This document shows positions 1 to 8,894 of a stretch of 64,000 bases of DNA, piece after piece (positions within the stretch are counted from its first letter, which is position 1; each line of letters opens with the position of its first letter). A program made the position numbers and the translations under genes. The DNA comes from the human T2T-CHM13v2.0 reference genome, Homo sapiens, in NCBI RefSeq assembly GCF_009914755.1, contig NC_060936.1. One strand, written 5' to 3'. The notes under the pieces were generated by a model, which made no database searches, was not told where the DNA came from, and saw nothing but the letters and a program-made list of their open reading frames with translations.

Positions 1-599
1 AGCTGGGAGGGTACAGAAGATATACCCTTGACCAATGCCTTGGGAAATAGATTTGTGAGGCAGCACCTACATCTTTGAAGAGCCCTGTAATTGCTCTTCC
101 TTGTAGGTTAAATCTAACAATGGGAAATGCAGTCCTCAACTACAAAATTTAAATACAATGGGAATAATTGGATCCCAAGGTGGCATGGGATGAAAGGCAA
201 GGGGGGCATAGCTACCTTAATGAACAGCAAAGGCAAACTGCAAACAGAATAGCCTGACTCGTGTAGAGCTCTAACATTGGCTAATTAATCACGGTGTTCC
301 CAGAAGTGAAATTGATAGGAAGCCTACTGCATTCCTACTTAATTTATATAAGCAGAAAACTTCCAGGTCGAGTGGACAAAAAGACTAATTTGAGTTATAA
401 AAACAGAATCACAGCCCCTCAATCAATTTCCAGACTTGAGCCAGTTTACAGACCCAGAACCTCTTGAATGAAGGGGAGGCCATGTCCCTTGAGGAAAGAC
501 TCCCTACACTGCTCACAATTTATGCTGTTAATCTTTCTCCCATCCTTCCCCAAGGAGACCTCTGGCCTTTTCCCAGGGTGACCTTGCATTGGAGAAAGG

Positions 600-3480
600 G
601 AAATGATCAGGTATTTTGGTGACTACTGGATGCTGGCTCTAAGATGACGTTGATTTCAAGGGACCCAAAACGTCATTGTGGTCCTCCAGTTAAAGTAGTG
701 GCTTCTGGAGGTCAGGTAATTAATAGAGTTTTAGCTCACGTCTGACTGACAGTGTGTCTAGTGGGTCCCCAGACTCATCCTGTGGTCATTTCTACAGTGT
801 CAGAATACATAACTGGCAGACATACTTAGCAGCTGGCAGAACCCTCACATTGGCTCCCTGACTGGTAGGGTGAGGATTATTAAGTTGGGAAAGGGAAAAT
901 GCAAGCCATTAGAACTGCTTTTACCTAGAAAAATAGTAAATCAAAACCAATATTGCATCCCTGGAGGGATTGTGGAGATTAGTGCCACCATCAAGGACTT
1001 GAAAGACGCGGGGGTGGTGATTCCCACAACATCCCAGTTCAACTCTTTCATTTGGCCTGTGCAGAAGACAGATTGATTTTAGAGAATGACAGTGAATTAT
1101 CATAAGCTTAACTAAGTGGTAACTCCAATTTCAGCTGCTGTACCAAAGGGGTTTTATTGCTTGAGCAAATTAACACATCTCCTGATATGTGGTATGCAGT
1201 CATTGATTTGGCAAATGCCTGTTTTCACCATTCCTGTCCGTAAGACCCACGAGAAGCAATGTGCCATCAGCTGGCAAGACCAGAAATATACCTTTACTGT
1301 CCTACATCAAGGGCATATCAACTCTCTGCCTTTGTGTGATAATCTTATTCAGAGAGATCTTGATCACTTTTTGCTTCCACAAGATATCACACTAGTCCAT
1401 TACATTGATGACATTATGCTGATTGGATCCAGTGGGCAAGAACTAGCAAACACATTGGACTTATGGTTGGGCATTTGCATGGCAGAGCATGAGAAATAAA
1501 TCCAACTAAAATTCAAGGATCTTCTACCTCAGTAAAATTTTTAGTGGTCAAGTGGTGTGGGGTCTGTAGAGATATTCCTTCTAAGATGAAGGATAAGTTG
1601 CTGCATTTGGCCTCTCCTACAACCAAGAAAGGGGCACAATGCCTAGTGGGCCTATTTGGATTTTGGAGGCAACATATCCATTTATTGAGTGACCATTTAT
1701 TGAGTTACCTGAAAGGCTGCCAGTTTTGAGGAGGTCCAGAAGAGGAGAAGGCTCTGCAACAAGACAAGGCTGCTTTGCAAGCTGCCCTGCCACTTGGGCC
1801 ATATGACCCAGCAGATACAATGGTGCTGGAGGTTTCAGTGGCAGACAGGGATGCTGTTTGGAAGACCCTCATAAGTGAATAACAGTGGAGGCCTCTAGGA
1901 TTATGAAGCAAGGCCCTGCCATCTTCTGCAGATAACTACTCTCCTTTTGAGAGACGCATGCTGGCCTGTTACCAGACTTTGGTGGAAACTGAACATTTGA
2001 CTATGGGTCATCAAGTCAACATGCAACCTGAATTGCCTATCAAAAACTGGGGGCTTTCTGACCCATCTAGCCATAAAAGGTGTCATGAACAGCATTCTAT
2101 CATCAAATGGAAATTATATATACGTTTTTGGGCTCAAGCAGGTCCTAAAGGCACAAGTAAGTTACATGAGGCAGTGGCTCAAATGTCCATGGTCTCCACT
2201 CCTGCCACCCTGCCTTCTCTCCTCCAGCCTGCACCAATGTCCTCATGGGAAGCTCCTTATGTTCAGTTGACAGAGGAAGAGAAGACTAGGGCCTAGTTCA
2301 CAGATGGTTCTGCATGATATGCAGGCACCACCCGAAAGTGGACAGCTGGAACACTATAGCCCCTTTCTAGGACCTTCCTGAAGGACAGCAGGGAAGGGGA
2401 ATTTTCCCAGTGGGCAGAATTTTGAGCAGTGCACTTTGCATGGAAAGAGAAATGGCCAGATGTGCAATTATATGCTGATTCATGGGTTGTAGCTAATAGT
2501 TTGGCCGGATGGTCACACTTGAAAGAAGCATGATTGGAAAACTGGTAAGGAAGGAATTTGGGGAACAGGTGTGTGGACGTACCTCTCTGAGTGGTCAACA
2601 ACTGAAGATATTTGTATCCCATGTGAGTGCTAACCAGTGGGTGACCTCAGCAGAGGAGAATTCTAATAAGCCAGTGCATAGGATGACCCTTTCTGTGGAT
2701 ACCACTCAACCTCTTTCCCCAGCCACCCCTGTCATCGCCCAATGGGCTCATGAACAAAGTGGCAATGATGGCAAGGATGGAGCTTATGCATGGGCTCAGC
2801 CACATGGACGTCCACTCACCAAGGCTGACCTGGCTATGGCCACTGCTGAGTGCCCAATTTGCCAGCAGCAGAGACAAACACTGAGCCCTTGATATGGAAC
2901 CATTCCTTGGGATGATCAGTCAGCTATCTAGTGGCAGAGTTCTTCCATCATGAAAATGGAAGAGGTATTAGAGTTCTTCCATCATGAAAATAGCAGAGGT
3001 TTGTCCTCACTGGAATAGAAACTTACTCCCGATATGGGTTTCCCTATCCTGCACGCAATGCCTCTGCCAAGACTACCATCCGTGGACTCACAGAATGCCT
3101 TATCCACTGTCATTGTATTCCACACAGCATTGCCTCTGACCAAAGGACTCACTTTACGGCTAAAGATGTATGGCAATAGGCTCATGCTCATGGAATTTCA
3201 CTGGTCTTTCCATGTTCTCCATCATCCTGAAGCAACTTGATAGTAGGATGGCCTTTTAAAGTCACAATTACATCACCAACTAAGTGACAATATTTGCAGG
3301 GCTGGGGTAAAGTTCTCCAGAAGGCCATGTATGCTCTGAATCAGCATCCAATATATGGTACTGTTTCTCCCATAGCCAGGATTCACAGGTCCAAGAATAA
3401 AGGGGTGGAAGTGGAAGTGACATTACTCACCATCACCCCTAGTGATCCACTAGCAAAATGTTTGTTTCCTGTTCCTGCAA
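600..3480 (+). pseudogene. pol: Disrupted HERV-L pro-pol (PR-RT-RH-IN)
   Basis: ORF fragments 870-1076, 1116-1499 (LVHYIDDIMLIG), 1544-1729, 1958-2296, 2509-2892 and 3294-3500 are collinear pol pieces broken by stops and frameshifts. Confidence 0.9.
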
Positions 3481-3489
3481 CATTACATT

Positions 3490-3780
3490 GTGCTGCCTAG
3501 AGGTCTTAGTTCTAAAGGGAGGAACACTGCCATGAGGAGACACAACAATGTTTCCATTAAACTGGACACTTTGGGGTCCTCCTACCTTTAAGTCAACAGG
3601 CTAAGAAGGGATTTACAATTTTGGCTGGGGTGATTGTATCAGACTATTAAGATGAAATCAGTCTATTACTCCATAACGGAGTTAAGGCAGAATATTCATG
3701 GACTACAGGGGATCCATTAGGGCATCTCTTAGTATTACCAGCCCTGTGATTAAGGTCAATGGGAAACTACAACAGCCCAA
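3490..3780 (+). pseudogene. HERV-L dUTPase remnant
   Basis: ggggtgattgtatcagactattaagatgaaatc reads as a decayed GVID.DY.GEI (dUTPase motif 3) downstream of integrase. Confidence 0.75.
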
Positions 3781-4100
3781 TCCAGGCAGGACAACAAATG
3801 GCCCTGATACTTCAGGAATCAAGGTTTGGGTCACTCCACAAGGAAAACAAAACAAAATAAAATGCAACCTGTTGAGATGCTGGCTGAAGGCAAAGGGAAT
3901 ACAGAATGTGTTGCAGAAGAAGGTAGTCACCAATACCAGATATGGCCACATGACCAGCTACAGAAAGGAGGACTGTAATTGTCATGAATATTTCCTCCTT
4001 TTGTAAAAAACATGTTTGTGCATTATACACTTGTACTAAGAAAATATTTCCATTTTATTTTCTTTTTCCTTTATCATGTGACATAAAACTTACTGACTTT

Positions 4101-4637
4101 TGTAGAGACTTGATCAGGCTGGTGGGAAAAATATTAAAGACTGTTATAGAGATAGACACAAATCTTAGAAGGCCAAGAAGTTTGCATAACTTCGGTAACA
4201 GATCTGGCTGAAGGTGGCCTGGTCCCTTTACCTTTAGTTAAACAAATTAAAGTAGTAACAAAGGAACGTGGGGGTAGTTATCTAGCTAGCTTGTTTAATC
4301 TTGTGGTCTTAAGACTAACCTTTGGTGTACCATGGGTGCTTAATTGCTTTTTACTTGGAAAGCCCACAATGTCAATTATCTTGTAATGGTGTTGACTCAA
4401 GCCTTTGTTAATTAATCTTACTGAATAAATGTGATTCTCACTAGCTGATCAGGGCCACGGTGGCAATTGCTTATAGAACTCAGCAAGGAGTGTGTAAGCG
4501 GCCTGGACAGAGTCACCTGGACGGGCAAAGAAGAATATCTGTGTGTCAGTGTTCATTATTCATCCATCACTGGGTCAGGGGTCTGCAAGGGACAGACCCC
4601 CTGCAGCTGGTGCCCCTGTGTGAGGGGCACTACTGCA
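4101..4637 (+). mobile_element. LTR22-family (HERV-K HML-5) solo LTR
   Basis: TG...CA ends; 6-bp TSD gacttt (4095-4100) / gacatt (4638-4643); LTR22-like start (tgtagagacttgatcaggctggtgggaaaa) and U5 (ggggtctg...cagacccc); AATAAA near 4424. Confidence 0.85.
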
Positions 4638-4826
4638 GACATTATATCAGCATTTAAGTATTATTAACTTTATGTTATAGTATTTGGGTTGGGGATTGGT
4701 ACATTTCCAGTTGTATAAAAGATAGTTGTATTATGTTAGGTGTAATTATGACCTTACTCTCTTTATTTGAACATTATGTATGATCTCAGGAGATGTGCCT
4801 GGGTTCTTGTTGACAATGCATGAACT

Positions 4827-5272
4827 TGTGATGGTTAATACTGAGTGTCATCTTGACAGGATTGAAGGATGCAAAATATTGATCCTGGGTGTGTTTGTGA
4901 GGGTGTTTCAAAGGGAGATTAACATTTGAGTCAGTGGGCTGGGAAAGACAGACCACCCTTAATCTGGGTGGGCACCATCTAATCAGCTGCCAGTGCAGCC
5001 AGAATATAAAGCATGCAGAAAAATGTGAAAAGACTAGACTGGCCTAGCCTCCCAGCCTAAATCTTCCCCCATGCTGGATGCCTCCTGCCCTCAAACATCA
5101 GACTCCAAGTTCTTCAGTTTTAGGACTTGGACTGGCTATCCTTGCTCCTCAGCTTGCAAATGGCCTATTATGGGACCTTGTGATAGTATAAGTTAATACT
5201 TAATAAACTCCCCTTTACATATTTATATCTATCCTATTATTTCTGTCCCTCTAGAGTACCCTGACTGATATG
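4827..5272 (+). mobile_element. MLT2A (probably MLT2A1), 3' LTR of the HERV-L
   Basis: Starts tgtgatggttaatactgagtgtca, ends gtccctctagagtaccctgactgata; ~446 bp; TATA-like 5005-5010, AATAAA 5202-5207. Confidence 0.9.
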
Positions 5273-5969
5273 AGAACCTCTGCCTAGATTTCAGAGGATT
5301 TATGGCAACACCTGGATGTCCAGGCAGAAGTTTGATGTGGGGGTGGGGGTCTCATGAAGAACCTCAGCTAGGGCAGTATGAAAAGGAAATGTGGGGTCAG
5401 AGCCCCTACACAGAGTCTCTACTGTGTTACCACCTGGTCGTGCTGTGAGAAGAGGGCCACCATCCTTCAGACCCCAGAATGGTAGATCTACCAACAGCTT
5501 GCACCATGCATCTGAAAAAGCCACAGACACACAATGGCAGCCCATGAAAGCAGCTGAGAGGGGTCCTGTGCCCTGCAAAGCCACAGGGGCAGAGCTGCCC
5601 AAGACAATGGGAACCCACCTCTTGTACCAACGTGACCTGGATGTGAGATATGGAGTCAAAGGAGATCAGTTTAGAACTTTAAGATTTGACTGCCTGATGG
5701 GTTTCAGACTTGCGTGGGGCATGTAGCCTGTTTGTTTGGATAATTTCTCCCATTTGGACCCAATGTCTGTACCCACTGTATCTAGGAAGTAACTAACTTG
5801 CTTTTGATTTTACAGGCTCATTGGTGGAAGGGAAGTGTCTTGTCTCAGAGAAGACTTTGGACTATGGACCTTTGGGTTAATCTTTAAATAAAGACTTTGA
5901 GGGATTGTTGAGAAGGCATATTGGTTTAGACATGTGAGGACATGAGATCTGGAAGGGGCTGGGGCAGAA
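5273..5969 (+). mobile_element. THE1 (MaLR) internal region, 3' part
   Basis: MaLR-int ORF remnant (PPSFRPQNGRSTNSLH...KATGAELPKTMG); purine-rich PPT-like run just before the LTR. Confidence 0.9.
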
Positions 5970-6338
5970 TGATATGGTTTGGCTGTGTCCCTACCTAAAT
6001 TTCATCTGGAATTCCTGCTTGTTTTGGGAGGGACCTGATGGGTTCATGTCCTTTGCAAGAATATGGATGAAGCTGGGAACCATCATTCATAGTGGCAGGT
6101 CTTTCCCATGCTATTGTCATGATAGTAAGTCTCATGAGATCTGATGGCTTTAATAATGGGAGTTTCCCTCCCCAAGCTCTCTTCTTGTCTGCTGCTATGT
6201 GAGATGTGCCTTTCACCTTCTGCCATGACTGTAAGGCATCCCCAGCCACGTGGAACTGAGTCCAGTAAACCTCTTTGTTTTGTAACTTGCTCAGTCTCAG
6301 GTATGTCTTTATCAGCAGCATGAAAATGGACTAATACA
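5970..6338 (+). mobile_element. THE1 3' LTR (THE1A/B-like) with a small L1 patch at ~6040-6088
   Basis: tgatatggtttggctgtgtccc ... atcagcagcatgaaaatggactaataca. Confidence 0.9.
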
Positions 6339-6653
6339 AAATAGCAGCTGGAAGAACCCTGTACAGGCACTTTCAATTCCCAGCTTGAGCCCAGGGAAGA
6401 CATCCCTGATGATATCTCACAGAGGTCCTTGGGGGAAGGCAGACAGGGGAACCAGAAAATAGTCACAGGGTGAAAGAAGCTTCCAGATGAACTTCATAAT
6501 AATTTTAATCTAGCACAGTTTTTTTTAGCAGAATCCAGGGGAAAAAATGGGAATTGCTGCATGAGCTGCAGCTCATGGTGTGGGCAGGTGCAGAGATGTG
6601 AGGCCTGAAAACTGTGCTTGCTTTCTCAGCAGGGAGGCTTGTAGCCTGTGGCA
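6339..6653 (+). mobile_element. L1PB/L1PREC-type 5'UTR fragment
   Basis: Resembles older primate L1 5'UTR sequence (cccagggaagacatccctga...gctttctcagcagggaggcttgtagcctg). Confidence 0.55.
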
Positions 6654-6735
6654 GGGTCCCTCCCACAACATGTGGGAATTCTGAGAGATACAATTCAAGT
6701 TGAGATTTACATGGGGACACAGCAATACCATATCA
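6654..6735 (-). mobile_element. THE1 LTR, 5' ~80 bp only
   Basis: Reverse complement of the THE1 start (tgatatgg...tgtcccc...ttgtgggagggaccc). Confidence 0.8.
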
Positions 6736-7645
6736 GACTAATATCTAGAATGTACAAGGAACTCAAATCAGCAAGAAGAAAAATAATCCCATCAAAAAGT
6801 GGGCTAAGGATATAGACAGTTCTCAAGAGACATGCAAATGGCAAATAAACAAGAGAAAAAAATGCTCAACATGACTAATTTTGGGGGAAATGTAAGTCAA
6901 AACCACAATGCAATACCACTTTATTCCTGCAAGAATTGACATAAGTAAAAAAATTTAAAAATAACATGTTGGTGTGGATGTGGTAAAAAGGGAACACTTT
7001 TACACTGCTGGTGGGAATGTAAACTAGTAAAACCACTATAGAAAACAGAATCGGGATTCCTTAAAGTACTACAAGTAGAACTACCATTTCATCCAGCAAC
7101 CCCACTCCTGGGTATCTACCCACGAGAAATGTAGTCATTATATGAAAGACACTCACTTGCACACACATATTTATAGCAACCCAATTCACAATTGCAAAAA
7201 CATGGAACCAGCCTAAATGCCCATCAATGAATGAGTGGATACAAAAAAATGTGGTATGCACATATATATACACACCACGGAATACCACTCAGCTATAAAA
7301 AGGAATAAAACAATGGCATTCACAGCAACCTGGATGCAGTCAGAGACCATTACTCTAAGTGAAGTAACTCAGGAATGGAAAAGCAAACTTTGTAGGTTCT
7401 CATTTATAAATGGGAGCTCAGCTATGAGGATGCAAATGCATAAAAATGATATGATGGATTTTGTATATTGGGGGGAACATTGGGAGGGAGTGAAGGATAT
7501 AAGATTACAAACTGGGTACAGTGTATACTGCTCGGGTGATCAGTGCACCCAAATCTCAGAAATCACCACTAAAGAACTTATCCATGTAACCAAAAACCAC
7601 TTGTTTTCCCCAAACTATTGAAATAATAAATATATAAATAAATAA
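6736..7645 (+). mobile_element. L1PB 3' end (ORF2 C-terminus + 3'UTR)
   Basis: L1PB-type 3'UTR (gggtacagtgtatactgctcgggtgat...aaatcaccactaaagaacttatccatgtaacc) and A-rich tail. Confidence 0.9.
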
Positions 7646-7659
7646 TAAGTAAGCTAGTG

Positions 7660-7812
7660 AGCCAGGCATGGTGCTGTAGTTCTAGCTACCCTGGAAGTTG
7701 ATGAAGGATAGCTCAAGTTCACAGTTCAATGTTATAGTGAGCTACAAGGGCACCACTGTGCTCCAGGCTGGGTGACAGAGTGAGACCCTGTCTCAAAAGA
7801 AAATGAAAGAAA
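7660..7812 (+). mobile_element. Old Alu monomer (FLAM/FAM-like)
   Basis: gccaggcatggtg...ctgggtgacagagtgagaccctgtctcaaaa; single arm, highly diverged. Confidence 0.7.
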
Positions 7813-7902
7813 AGAAATGAGCTGTCAAGCTATGAAAAGGCATGGAGGAAACTTAAATGCATTTCACTAAGTGAATGATGCCAGTATGAAAAGCCTTTGT
7901 AC
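7813..7902 (+). mobile_element. L1MC-type 3' region, left part
   Basis: aaatgagctgtcaagctatgaaaaggcatggaggaaacttaaatgc; continues at 15326. Confidence 0.75.
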
Positions 7903-8352
7903 ATTTTTAAAAAAAATTTATTTCCATTTGGGGGAACAGTTGGTATTTGGTTACATGAGTAAGTTTGTTAGTGGTGATTTGTGGGATTTTGGTGCACCCA
8001 TCACCTGAGCAGTATACACAGAACCCAATTAGTAGTATTTTATTCCTCACCCCTGTCCCATCCTTTCCCTGCCAAGTCCCCAAAGCCCATTGTGTCATTC
8101 TTATGTCTTTGCATCCTCATAGCTTAGCTCACACTCATGAGTGAGAACATACCATGTTTGGTTTTCCATTCCCGAATTACTTCACTTAGGATAATAGTCT
8201 CCAGTCCCATCCAGGTTGCTGTGAATGCCATTAATTCATTCCTTATTATAGCTGAGTAGAATTCCATCATATATGTATGTATATATATACACACACACAC
8301 TCACACACACTCACGCACACACACATATACACACGTAGTTTATCTACTTGAC
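7903..8352 (-). mobile_element. 5'-truncated L1PB 3' end containing a (TA)n(CA)n microsatellite at ~8269-8335
   Basis: Reverse complement of the same L1PB 3'UTR type as 7400-7620; AATAAA on the minus strand at 7917-7922. Confidence 0.9.
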
Positions 8353-8794
8353 AAACCTAAAATTCTGAGATCCAAAATGCTCCAATAAGCATTTCATTGA
8401 ATATGATGTTGGCACTCAAAAAGTTTTGGATTGTGGCAGGGTGCGGTGGCTCATGCCTGGAATCCCAGCACTTGGGAAGCCAAGGCAGGTGAATCATGAG
8501 GTCAGGAGATCGAGACCATCCTGAATAACACGGTGAAACCCCATCTCTACTAAAAATACAAAAAGTTAGCAGGGCTTGGTGGTGGTTGCCTGTACTCCCA
8601 GCTACTCAGGAGGCTGAGGCAGGAGAATGGCATAACCCGGGAAGCAGAGCTTGCAGTGAGCCGAGATCATGCCACTGCACTTCAGCCTGGGCGACAGAGA
8701 CTCCATCTCAAAAATTAAAATAAAAAAAATAAAGTTTTGGATTTTGGAGCATTTCAGATTTGGAATGCTTGGATTTTGAGATGCTCAACACGTA
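8353..8794. mobile_element. Tigger4a/MER46A DNA transposon, one end missing, split by an Alu
   Basis: aaatgctccaa...aaaagttttggattttggagcatttcagattt...gatgctcaacacg + TA; only the right TIR is present. Confidence 0.8.
8435..8730 (+). mobile_element. AluY-like element
   Basis: Dimeric Alu; 15-bp TSD aaagttttggattgt (8420-8434) / aaagttttggatttt (8731-8745). Confidence 0.95.
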
Positions 8795-8894
8795 TAGGCA
8801 GGCTATGTATAGTCAGCAAGAAGGGAGAGTAAAAGATACTTGGCAACTTGCTCCTGAAATATATGGCATAGACTTGGTCTGACCCAAGTTTAAC

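Larger units (their letters stand above)
1..4826 (+). mobile_element. HERV-L internal region (3' gag, pro, pol, dUTPase, 3' non-coding), cut by the window edge and interrupted by LTR22 at 4101-4637
   Basis: Protease-like LLDAG at 623-637; RT YIDD at 1401-1412; RNase H; integrase zinc finger (AHE...CPIC, 2740-2870); dUTPase after integrase and no env, the ERV-L gene order; followed directly by an MLT2A LTR. Confidence 0.95.

Noticed and set aside
870-4006. HERV-L ORFs as a functional or domesticated pol gene
   Set aside because: Many stops and frameshifts, protease motif reads DAG, first integrase Asp lost; the longest pieces are 127 aa
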